A stretch of 64,000 bases of DNA from Candidatus Binatia bacterium. GTDB taxonomy: Bacteria; Desulfobacterota; Binatia; HRBIN30; CADEER01. The translations under genes were made by a program, and so were the position numbers. The stretch spans positions 158,695 through 222,694 of the forward strand of contig JBFXHX010000001.1 in assembly GCA_050176585.1 (NCBI GenBank), given 5' to 3'. The notes under the pieces are model-generated. The model was not told the origin of the DNA and ran no database searches. It was given only the letters and a program-made list of their open reading frames with translations. Positions 41,968 through 51,890 of this stretch are shown here, piece by piece. The first letter of the stretch is position 1. Each line of letters opens with the position of its first letter.

Positions 41968-43179
41968 TTACGCGGCGGCAGCGCACTCGTTCAGCGACTG
42001 CTCTATCGCCGACAGCGCTCGCTCGCTATCGCGATCGCTGATGATCAGCGGCGGCGCGAGGCGCACGACCGTGTCGCGGTGGAGTGTCCAGCCGAGAATG
42101 AGCCCGTGCGCCAGCGCAGCGCGGCAGAAGCGCTCGGTGTAGTCGGGCGCGGCGAACTCCAGCCCGATGAGCAGCCCGCGCCCGCGCACCTCGCGCAGCG
42201 CTGGCCCAACCGAGCGCGCCAGCCGCGCTTGCCACGCTTGGCCGAGGCGCGCGGCCCGCGCCGGAAGGTCCGCGCAAACCGCGAACTCGAGCGCCGCCAG
42301 TCCGGCGCTGCAGGAGAGCGGATGGCCCCCGAACGTGGTGACGTGTGCCAGGGCGGGGTCATGGGAGAGTGAGGACATCAGCTCTGGGCGTCCCACGAAC
42401 GCGCCGAGCGGCAGACCTCCCCCCAGCGCCTTGGCCAGCAGCAAGAGATCCGGCGCCACACCCCAGTGCTGGCACGCGAACCACGTGCCGGTGCGGCCGA
42501 GCCCAGTCATCACCTCATCGAGCACGAGCAGCGCGCCGACCGCGTCGCAGCGCTCGCGGAGCGCGGGGAGGAATCGGGGGCGCGGCACCCGCACTCCGCC
42601 CTCGGCTTGGATCGGTTCGACCACGACCGCCGCCGTGCGCTCGTCGATGCGCGCGAGCGACTCCACATCGTCGAACGGCAGGAACTCGACGTCCGCCAGT
42701 AGTGGCTCGAAGGGAGAGCGGTAGGTCGGGTTGTCGCACAGCGACAGCGATCCGGTCGTGTCCCCATGATAGCCGCCCCGGAACGCGAACATGCGCCGGC
42801 GCCCCGTCACCTTGCGCGCCAGCTTGATCGCGCCTTCGACCGCTTCGGTGCCGCTGTTGGTGAAGTACGCGACGGAGCAGTCGCCGGGCGCGAGCTCCGC
42901 GAGGCGCCGCGCCAGCGCTACCTGTGGCTGGAGCACCGCCTCGCCGTATACCATCACGTGTAGATAGCGCTCGGCCTGGGCCTGTAGCGCCGCGACGACT
43001 TCGGGATTGCAATGGCCGACCCCGGCGACGCCCATGCCAGAGAGTAGGTCGAGGTACTCGCGGCCCTCGACGTCCCAAATCGAAGCGCCTTCGGCGCGCG
43101 CGACGACTATGCCGAGGGGCGCCGGCGACGTTTGGCAGACGTAGCGCACGAAGTCGCGCCGCAACTCCTCAGGGTGCAT
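41968..43179 (-). CDS. Class III (omega-type) PLP-dependent aminotransferase
   Basis: Start at the ATG of MHPEELRRDF. Class III AT signatures (FTNSGTEAVEGAIKLARK, LVLDEVMTGLGRTG, and the PLP lysine in LLLAKALGGG). The 555 nt upstream in the track ORF overlap luxC and are not part of this gene. Confidence 0.8.
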   Translation of the reverse strand: MHPEELRRDFVRYVCQTSPAPLGIVVARAEGASIWDVEGREYLDLLSGMGVAGVGHCNPEVVAALQAQAERYLHVMVYGEAVLQPQVALARRLAELAPGDCSVAYFTNSGTEAVEGAIKLARKVTGRRRMFAFRGGYHGDTTGSLSLCDNPTYRSPFEPLLADVEFLPFDDVESLARIDERTAAVVVEPIQAEGGVRVPRPRFLPALRERCDAVGALLVLDEVMTGLGRTGTWFACQHWGVAPDLLLLAKALGGGLPLGAFVGRPELMSSLSHDPALAHVTTFGGHPLSCSAGLAALEFAVCADLPARAARLGQAWQARLARSVGPALREVRGRGLLIGLEFAAPDYTERFCRAALAHGLILGWTLHRDTVVRLAPPLIISDRDSERALSAIEQSLNECAAAA

Positions 43180-44578
43180 CGGGCTCCTCGATCCATGCGC
43201 CGACTCGCGGTCGGCCGCCGGGCCGCCAGTCGAGCGGCGGTCGTTGCATCTCGCCGAGTCCCGCCACGCGGTGCACGCCCCAGGCGGAGAGCTGTTCTGC
43301 GCACCGCGGCCAACGCTCGGGAGGCGCGGCGAGGCCTGCGGCTTCGAGCCATGGCCGGATCGGGCCGAGCAAGGCGGCGAGATCCGTCCAGTGTTGGAGC
43401 GGGGCAACGCTGAGCGTGCGGCCGAGCGGCGACGGCCGCAGCGCGGGCTCCGCGGTGACGCGCACCGTGCCGGCGGCTTCGTCCGGTAGCGCGAACAGGT
43501 GCGAGGGTTCGCCAGCGAACGCCGCCCACTCCGCCTCGTCACGGAATCTCCGGATCGCCAAGCGATCGCCCAATGCGAGGCGCCCAGGTGGGAGCTCGCG
43601 CGCCTGGGTCGCGAGTGCGCGGAAGACGCGCGCGCCGAAATCCATCGCGAGCTCGAAATCCCCTTCGACGAGGCAGAGCTGCGGCGAGAGACAGCCGCGC
43701 TGATCCCACACCGCGGTATCCAGCGCCAACCCACTCGCGGCGTGGTCTGCCGCGCTGAGATCGGCGGCGACGTCGCGGGTGATGACGGCGAAGCTCAGCC
43801 GGTCGCCGTAGCCGATCAGCCGGCCGCGAGCGCGCCGCGACAGGTCCGCGATGGCCTCGTCGCCGCCGGACGCGACCACCAGGTCGACTGAGGAGAGGAC
43901 GACGTCCTCGCACGCGCGATCGCCGCCCGGCCAGTAACAGGCGGCGATGCACCGCCCGAGATGTTCATCCCGCTCCGCGATGCTCTCGGCAAACAACAGC
44001 GGAAAGAGGCGATCGCCCGCCGCGGCTTTCAGCAACGGCGCGGAGCCGATCGCGAGCGAGAGCGCGGCTGGAATGGCGGCCTGGGCGGGCAGGTTGCCGG
44101 GCAGCACGTGCAGGATGATATCGGGCCCGCCGCACGTGCCGACCTCGGCCTCGAGTAGATGGCTGAGCGCCGGCGCCCGCAGCGGCGCGAGCATCGTCGG
44201 CAACGCATGGCGGATCATCTCCGGCGAGAATCCGGTGGCGGCGGGCAGCGCAGCGAGGGCGCGCGCGAACCACGCGGAGTCGGGGCGCAGCCATGCGTCG
44301 ATCACCATCTCGATCGCGCCGAGCACGGCCTTCCGCGGCCGTGAGCGGAAAGCGCGCGTGGATCGGAGCTGCTCGATGATGCGCGCGAGCTCCGCGGGGG
44401 TCGTCGCCGAGCTTTCCGTCATCGCGGTGCTTTCGAACGACGACGGCGCGGCTGCGCCGCCCGCTGTGCTCGCTGGGGGGTCCAGCTCGTCCGCTGAAGC
44501 CGGCGATGCGGGCACGACCGGTGCGGGACCGGTGCCGCGCATCACGCGGCGCCCCACTCCGCGGTTGCGAGCGAGCAC
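43169..44578 (-). CDS. LuxC-family acyl-CoA (acyl-protein) reductase
   Basis: About 470 aa. Resembles the LuxC fatty-acyl reductase family in length and Cys-containing core, by family recall. Its 3' end overlaps the aminotransferase start by 11 nt. Confidence 0.55.
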   Translation of the reverse strand: MLARNRGVGRRVMRGTGPAPVVPASPASADELDPPASTAGGAAAPSSFESTAMTESSATTPAELARIIEQLRSTRAFRSRPRKAVLGAIEMVIDAWLRPDSAWFARALAALPAATGFSPEMIRHALPTMLAPLRAPALSHLLEAEVGTCGGPDIILHVLPGNLPAQAAIPAALSLAIGSAPLLKAAAGDRLFPLLFAESIAERDEHLGRCIAACYWPGGDRACEDVVLSSVDLVVASGGDEAIADLSRRARGRLIGYGDRLSFAVITRDVAADLSAADHAASGLALDTAVWDQRGCLSPQLCLVEGDFELAMDFGARVFRALATQARELPPGRLALGDRLAIRRFRDEAEWAAFAGEPSHLFALPDEAAGTVRVTAEPALRPSPLGRTLSVAPLQHWTDLAALLGPIRPWLEAAGLAAPPERWPRCAEQLSAWGVHRVAGLGEMQRPPLDWRPGGRPRVGAWIEEPDAP

Positions 44579-45690
44579 CCCCGCTCCTCGGCTTGCGGGG
44601 CGCGGCCGAGCAACTGGAAACCGTCGCCGGCGGCGACTGCCAGATCCTCCGACAGCACGGCCATGGCGCTGCTCGCGTTCGCAAGATCGAAGTGGCAGAG
44701 CAGGCCCGGCGTGTCGGGCGCGGCGGCGGCGAGTGTCTCGGGGTCGAGCACCACCGGCCGTACCCAGTGGGGGGCCAGCTTACGGCGCGGCGCGTGACGG
44801 CCGCGCACGCGATCCGCGATGACGCTGTCGTAGTACTGGCTCGACAGCTCGGCCATGCCGTACTCGTTGACGCAGAAGTAGCCCGGGACGGCGAACGCCG
44901 CCCACACCGCGTGCAGCAAACCGGCGCGCGAGAGCGGCCGCGGCGCTCCCTTGTCACCGCCGGTGTCCATCACGCGGCTGCCGTGCGGCAGTCGGAACGC
45001 CAGGCGGCGCTCGCGGAGCGTATCGATGGCGCGGATCAGCGCGCCCGTGGTGGTCAGCAGCGCCAATGGCGCGCCATCGCTCTGGCTCGCATGTAACGCG
45101 TCGAGCAGGCGCTCCAAGTCGAGGCCGCCGGCACCGGCGGCATACGCACTACCCTCGGCGCCGAAGCTCTCCATTGCCCACTCGATCATCTGCGACAGCG
45201 AAGAGTGCGGTTGTTCTTCGGCCGGGGGGATCAGCGATACGAGTCGCATGCGGGCCTGGTCCGGAAAGACGAAACGGCGCAGCCCAGCCACCGCCGAGCG
45301 CTGGTAAAGGCGCAGATCGGCGACCTGGTGGCACGAGCGCACCTCGGGGCCGGCGGTCGTGCCACTGGACAGAAAGGTCCGCACCGCTAGCCCACAGCAG
45401 AGGGCGGTGTGCTTGAAAGCGATGATCGGCACGGCGGGGATCGCGCGCCAATCGCGCACGGTCTCCGGCGTGCGCTCGCGCTGCGCGCAGTAGCGCCGGT
45501 AGGCTTCGTTGTGCTCGAACTGGTGGACAAAAATGGCTAAGGCGAGGTCCTCGAATCGATCCGCCGCGGCGTCGTCGATGTAGGCCAGCACGCGCTCGTA
45601 CAACGGCAGCACGGCGGCAAGGTAGCATGGGTCCAAAGTCCGGCAAACGCGGTCGAATGGCTTGACACGCTCCGCACGGGGCGCCAGCAT
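44542..45690 (-). CDS. LuxE-family acyl-protein synthetase
   Basis: About 380 aa. Recalls the LuxE acyl-protein synthetase family (N-terminal FxxHQxxxNxxYRxY-like FVHQFEHNEAYRRYC). Its 3' end overlaps the luxC-like start by 37 nt. The start codon is uncertain. Confidence 0.55.
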   Translation of the reverse strand: MLAPRAERVKPFDRVCRTLDPCYLAAVLPLYERVLAYIDDAAADRFEDLALAIFVHQFEHNEAYRRYCAQRERTPETVRDWRAIPAVPIIAFKHTALCCGLAVRTFLSSGTTAGPEVRSCHQVADLRLYQRSAVAGLRRFVFPDQARMRLVSLIPPAEEQPHSSLSQMIEWAMESFGAEGSAYAAGAGGLDLERLLDALHASQSDGAPLALLTTTGALIRAIDTLRERRLAFRLPHGSRVMDTGGDKGAPRPLSRAGLLHAVWAAFAVPGYFCVNEYGMAELSSQYYDSVIADRVRGRHAPRRKLAPHWVRPVVLDPETLAAAAPDTPGLLCHFDLANASSAMAVLSEDLAVAAGDGFQLLGRAPQAEERGCSLATAEWGAA

Positions 45691-45717
45691 TTAGCACAAC
45701 TCTGCATCACAAGCGGC

Positions 45718-46800
45718 ATGGAACGATCGAGTATCTTAGTCATCGCCGTCGTTGTCGCCGCGCTCGCTTTGTTTGGACTCCGGTTCCTGGGCGGTGGCGC
45801 TGACGACACAACCCTGATTGCCAGCCGTCCCGGTGTAGACGGGGTCGATGCCTCGGGCGCGACGACGCGGGACGGCGAAGCGCAGACGCGGTCGGGCGAC
45901 CAGCGGCGCAGCCGGCTGGGTGCCGTGCCGGGCAGCCGGCGCGACGGGCAGACGGTTGGATCCGATCGATTCACCGGCTCGGGGCGTACCGGGACGGGCT
46001 CTGGCGCATCGGCGTATTCGAGCGGACGCTCGGTTGGGAGTGCGCTCGGCTCCTCGGGCAGCAGCGCGCGCAACGCGGCGGGCGGCGGCAGCGCGGGGAT
46101 CGCCGCAGATGCGTCCGGCGGTCGGCTCGGGCCGCGCGCACAGCGGAAGGACAACCTGGTGGATTCGCTGAGCGAGATGCCGCAGACGCACAGCGACCTC
46201 GAAAAGCCGCCGGTGCCGGACGACGGCGACGAAATCGCCCTCAAGGTGGATAAGCCCGAAGACATCACCGAGCAACAAGGCCAGGATCAGGACGTCCACA
46301 ATCCGGATGACGGCACCGAAGGCATCAAGATCACCGATCGCGGCCGCATCGAGTTCCCGAACGCTGGCAACGCCAACGGCGATGCCGGCACGATCTCGTT
46401 CCGCATCAAGCCGGAATGGGCGGGTGCGGATCACACGGACAATGCGCTGGTGCAGATCCGCAACGAAAACGAATGGAACAACCGGCTCGAGCTGGTGAAG
46501 AACGGAGAGTTCCTCCGCTTCATCATCACCGACGACACCGGCAAGGAAGCCGACATTAGCACGCGCATCACCAACTGGCAGAACCTCGAAGAGCACGACG
46601 TCACGGCCACATGGGGCGACGGCCGGACGACGCTGTATATTGATGGGCAAGTGGTCGGACAGAACGAATATTCCGGCAACCTCCGCTTCGCGGAGGGGAC
46701 GCCGATGTTCCTCGGCGCGGACTGGCGCGGCAGCGCATACGCGGGTGCCAACGCCACGCTGAACGGGTTCACGCTCAGCACTACGCCGAGCCATCCCTGA
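45718..46800 (+). CDS. Membrane-anchored or secreted protein with a C-terminal LamG/concanavalin-A-like domain
   Basis: N-terminal TM or signal anchor (ILVIAVVVAALALFGL). About 130 aa of Gly/Ser/Arg/Thr-rich low-complexity linker. C-terminal jelly-roll-like domain (ISFRIKPEW...LYIDGQVVG...FLGADWRGS). Confidence 0.6.
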   Translation: MERSSILVIAVVVAALALFGLRFLGGGADDTTLIASRPGVDGVDASGATTRDGEAQTRSGDQRRSRLGAVPGSRRDGQTVGSDRFTGSGRTGTGSGASAYSSGRSVGSALGSSGSSARNAAGGGSAGIAADASGGRLGPRAQRKDNLVDSLSEMPQTHSDLEKPPVPDDGDEIALKVDKPEDITEQQGQDQDVHNPDDGTEGIKITDRGRIEFPNAGNANGDAGTISFRIKPEWAGADHTDNALVQIRNENEWNNRLELVKNGEFLRFIITDDTGKEADISTRITNWQNLEEHDVTATWGDGRTTLYIDGQVVGQNEYSGNLRFAEGTPMFLGADWRGSAYAGANATLNGFTLSTTPSHP

Positions 46801-47120
46801 ACCGATCAAGGCGAAGGCGCGGAGACGCGAAGCTCTGAGAAGCCTTCGCGTCTGCTATGGGGCAGGAGGGCGCGCCGCGACGGATGGGTTACGGCTCCGG
46901 AGGCTTAAGCGGCGCGGGTGGGGCCATTCCTGCCCTCCGTCGGACTCGGTCTGGCTACGTTATGATACGTGCGCGCAGGTGCAGCGAGGTGCGACCAGGG
47001 CTCCACTGCCGAACTTGCACCGTCGCCAACGCCAGTGCATTGGCCGACAAGACGCGGCACGCAACGGCGGGGGCGTGGGAGTCGCACCCCCACGCGGCCG
47101 CCGAGCGCAGCGCGGGCGCG

Positions 47121-47414
47121 CTACGTGGCCAGAGCTCGGGGAGACGCGCCGAGCGCCATGGCCCCGGCTCGGTACAGCTGTTCGGCCAACCGGCGCGCCA
47201 CCGCGATCACCGCCCGCTTGCGCCCCAGGCGTGGCGCTAAGCGGGTGGAGGTGGCGGTGAGCCGCGGACCTTTGCCGGTGCGCACGGCCACCGGTCGACC
47301 CCTTCTGTTGTCCGCCTCAGAGGAGCCTCCCTTCTGGCTGCACTCGCGTGCCCTGATGTGCAGAAGGGTAGGGGCCGTCGTCATTCTGCAAGCGCGCCAG
47401 CACCGACGGCGCAC
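47121..47414 (-). pseudogene. Possible degraded IS110-family transposase C-terminal fragment
   Basis: Minus-strand frame gives GRKRAVIAVARRLAEQLYRAGAM, which resembles the conserved IS110-family C-terminal motif G(K/R)xKKVAxVAxARKLL. No intact ORF and no inverted repeats are visible. Confidence 0.25.
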
Positions 47415-47455
47415 ACGGTAACTTCGCGCTGAAAGCAGCGAGACTGACGACAGCG

Positions 47456-47494
47456 AAAAAAAAGGGCCCGCAGCGAAACGGCTGCGGGCCCTTT
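47456..47494 (-). terminator. Bidirectional rho-independent terminator downstream of groEL
   Basis: A8 - GGGCCCGCAGC - GAAACG - GCTGCGGGCCC - TTT. An 11-bp perfect stem flanked by an A-run and a T-run, 25 nt past the groEL stop. Confidence 0.8.
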
Positions 47495-47519
47495 GCGTTC
47501 ACTACCCGAGCTGGGCGCT

Positions 47520-49193
<1,674 letters not shown>

Positions 49194-49487
49194 CTACTTC
49201 GCATCCAGAACGCCGAGGATGTCTTCCTCGCGCATGATGAGGAAATCCTCACCTTCCAGCTTCACCTCGGTTCCCGAATACTTGCCGAACAGGATGCGGT
49301 CGCCGGCCTTCACATCGAGCGGCGTGACCTTCCCGTCCTCGTTCACTTTCCCCTTCCCGACCGCGACGACTTTGCCCTCTTGAGGCTTTTCCTTCGCCGT
49401 GTCCGGAATGATGATCCCGCCCTTGGTCCTCTCCTCTTCCTGGACGCGCTGGACGATGACGCGATCCTGCAGTGGGCGAATTTTCAT
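49194..49487 (-). CDS. groS: Co-chaperonin GroES
   Basis: [15 protein letters not shown]...[22 protein letters not shown] with AGGAGAGAAGGG SD. The longer track ORF is an N-terminal extension. Confidence 0.95.
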   Translation of the reverse strand: MKIRPLQDRVIVQRVQEEERTKGGIIIPDTAKEKPQEGKVVAVGKGKVNEDGKVTPLDVKAGDRILFGKYSGTEVKLEGEDFLIMREEDILGVLDAK

Positions 49488-49613
49488 TACCCTTCTCTCC
49501 TTTCCCTTCCGCGCTTCACATGTGTCGGTCGGCGGCGGCTCGCAACGCGGCGCCACGGCTTGATTGGCCGCGGCACACGTAGACATGGAACCGGCTGTGT
49601 CAAGCCGGCCGTT

Positions 49614-49898
49614 TCAAGATTTCTTTCTATTCTGCTTGCGGTGCTCTTCGTCCATGTAACGCTGATAGAGGATGTCCCACTCGCGACTGCCGGGCGGAAC
49701 TTTGCGCGACAGCGACGCGATCTTGCGCCGTACAATTTGATCGAGCTCGGTCTCGCGTTCGCGCTGGCCCTCTAGTGCGCGCTTGATCTCCTGCAGCGCG
49801 AGCCGTTCGTTGTTGACCGTCACCACGTCCGCGCCGCGCAGTGTAGCGAGGATGTGATGCGCCAGGTACGAGAGGCGCGCCTCGGAGAAGCGGATCAT
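49614..49898 (-). CDS. DUF507-family protein (paralog 2)
   Basis: 94 aa. [21 protein letters not shown]-terminus matches the remembered DUF507 pattern. Overlaps the upstream paralog by 4 nt. Confidence 0.5.
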   Translation of the reverse strand: MIRFSEARLSYLAHHILATLRGADVVTVNNERLALQEIKRALEGQRERETELDQIVRRKIASLSRKVPPGSREWDILYQRYMDEEHRKQNRKKS

Positions 49899-50170
49899 AA
49901 GATAAAACCACGTTCCCTGGCCAGGCGAGCCTTGATGCCCTCGGAGAGCTTGCGCTGATCCATTCCGAGCGCTTGGCGACCCAATTTGATCGCCATCCGC
50001 TCCGCTTCTTCCTCCAGCGCTTGCTCAGCGCGCAAGTTGTCCAGCAACAACCGGCTGACCTGCGCCACGACATCTCTCTCGGAAACGTTCGCAGTGACGA
50101 AGCCGGGCCCGACGATGGCGCGAACCACCTGCTCGGCGAGCCTGTTTATGGCCGCGTCGGGGATGTGCAT
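49895..50170 (-). CDS. DUF507-family protein (paralog 1)
   Basis: 91 aa from the ATG of [20 protein letters not shown], same pattern as the downstream paralog. The 245-aa track ORF is an unsupported extension. Confidence 0.5.
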   Translation of the reverse strand: MHIPDAAINRLAEQVVRAIVGPGFVTANVSERDVVAQVSRLLLDNLRAEQALEEEAERMAIKLGRQALGMDQRKLSEGIKARLARERGFIL

Positions 50171-50335
50171 CTTGCGAACATAACGAGCCGGCACCTCATC
50201 GGCAAACGGTCTCGTCCGGGTCGCAGCGCCCGCCGTCCTGGCGGCCGGGCGGCGCGACGTGCCAATGTCGCGCGCGTGTCGACCCCTGCTGCAGCGACGA
50301 ACGGCTTCGGCATCCTTTCGCAGCCAGAGTACTTT

Positions 50336-51748
50336 GTGTGGGTGTTTGCGATCGCCGGTCTCGCGGTTGGTCTCTTCGTTGGCTGGTTGATCGCCCGGGC
50401 CCGCGCCGCCCGGCCGCTCGCCGAATCGGCCGCGCACGTCGCCGACCTCGAAGCACGCTTGGCTGAGCGGTCGGAGCGGTTCGCACAGGTCGCGGACGAG
50501 CTCTCCACCTCGCGCCGCCTGGCCGACTCGCTCCAGGACGAGCTCGCGCAGCACCGCGAGGCCGCCGCGCGGTTGAGCGCGCAGGCCGAGGCGGAGCGGG
50601 CAGCAGCGGTCGAGAAGCTCGCGCTCCTGCAAGCCGGCGAACGGCAGCTGCGCGAGGCCTTCGAGGCGCTCTCGGCCGAAGCGCTACGGCGGAACAGCCA
50701 ATCGTTCGTGGACCTGGCCAAGGCGGCACTCGGCGAGTTCCAGCGCGGAGCGAGCAGCGATCTGGACACGCGGCAGAGGGCGATCGCCGATCTGGTCCAC
50801 CCGATTCGCGACGCGCTCGCGCAAGTGGGCGCCAAGCTCGACGACGTCGAGAAGCAGCGCATCGGCCAATACGCGACACTCGGGGAGCAGGTCCGAGCAC
50901 TGGCCCAGACGCAGCTGCAACTGCAGGCGGAGACCGGTAACCTCGTGAAAGCGCTGCGAGCGCCAGCGGTGCGGGGGCGCTGGGGAGAGATCCAACTGCG
51001 CCGCGTGGTCGAGATGGCCGGCATGCTGGCGTACTGCGATTTCGACGAGCAACGCGTCGCCACGACCGACGACGGGAAGTTTCGGCCCGACGTCGTCGTG
51101 CGACTGCCCGGGGCGAAGCAAGTCGTCATCGATGCGAAGGCGCCGCTCACCGCATATCTGGAAGCCGTAGAGGCCGGCACCGACGGTGAGCGCGAACGGT
51201 TCTTGCGCGACCACTCGCGCCAAGTGCGCGATCACATCGCCAAGCTGAGCCAACGCTCGTACTGGGCGCAGTTCCCGGCTACGCCGGAATTCGTCGTCAT
51301 GTTTCTACCCGGGGAGACATTCTTCAGCGCCGCGCTCCAGTTCGACGCGGGTTTGATCGAGTACGGCGTCGAGCAGAAGGTGATTCCGGCCAGCCCGACG
51401 ACGTTGATCGCGCTCTTGCGCGCCGTGGCGTACGGTTGGCGGCAGGAGCAACTCGCCGAAAACGCGCAGCGCATCAGCGCGTTGGGCCGGCAACTGTACG
51501 AGCGCGTGGGCACCCTCGCCGAACACTTCGAAGCCGTGCGGAAGGGGCTCGACGGCGCCGTGCACGCTTACAATCGCGCCGCGGGCTCGCTCGAAACCCG
51601 CCTGCTGGTCTCCGCGCGTCGCTTCAAGGACCTCGGCGCCGGAGGCGAGGAGGACGTCCGGCCGCTGGAGATGATCGATCGCGCGCCCCGTCAGCTACAG
51701 CTTGGCGGCGTGGCGCAGGACGACGGCGGCGAGGCCGAGCCAGAGTAG
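50336..51748 (+). CDS. rmuC: DNA recombination protein RmuC
   Basis: N-terminal TM, long coiled-coil, and the conserved C-terminal RmuC nuclease-like core ([46 protein letters not shown]). The start is a GTG at 50336 or 50342; the 49973 track ORF runs antisense through the DUF507 genes. Confidence 0.8.
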   Translation: MWVFAIAGLAVGLFVGWLIARARAARPLAESAAHVADLEARLAERSERFAQVADELSTSRRLADSLQDELAQHREAAARLSAQAEAERAAAVEKLALLQAGERQLREAFEALSAEALRRNSQSFVDLAKAALGEFQRGASSDLDTRQRAIADLVHPIRDALAQVGAKLDDVEKQRIGQYATLGEQVRALAQTQLQLQAETGNLVKALRAPAVRGRWGEIQLRRVVEMAGMLAYCDFDEQRVATTDDGKFRPDVVVRLPGAKQVVIDAKAPLTAYLEAVEAGTDGERERFLRDHSRQVRDHIAKLSQRSYWAQFPATPEFVVMFLPGETFFSAALQFDAGLIEYGVEQKVIPASPTTLIALLRAVAYGWRQEQLAENAQRISALGRQLYERVGTLAEHFEAVRKGLDGAVHAYNRAAGSLETRLLVSARRFKDLGAGGEEDVRPLEMIDRAPRQLQLGGVAQDDGGEAEPE

Positions 51749-51890
51749 CTCGACGGGCGCGCGGCGCCACGGCGTCCGCCGCGGCCGTTCAGCCAGCTGT
51801 CGCTAACGTCACAGAGAACGCGTCTGGGCGGCGACTGGTCGTGAACCCCGTACGGCCCAGCGCTATGATCGGAGTATTCTACAGGCTCGC

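Noticed and set aside
46857-46940. RNase P RNA, SRP RNA or tmRNA in the 660-nt spacer (GGCUCCGGAGG resembles the P4/domain IV cores)
   Set aside because: The conserved cores (GGAAAGUCCGGGCUCC, AGGUCCGGAAGGAAGCAGC, tRNA-like T-arm GGUUCGAAUCC) are not present. It is kept only as a generic structured-RNA candidate.
49488-49660. CIRCE/HrcA operator upstream of groES
   Set aside because: No TTAGCACTC-N9-GAGTGCTAA-like inverted repeat is present.
51749-51890. LexA/SOS box upstream of polB (CTGTCGCTAACGTCACAG)
   Set aside because: Spacing is CTGT-N10-ACAG with a non-palindromic interior. It matches neither the E. coli type nor the deltaproteobacterial LexA consensus.
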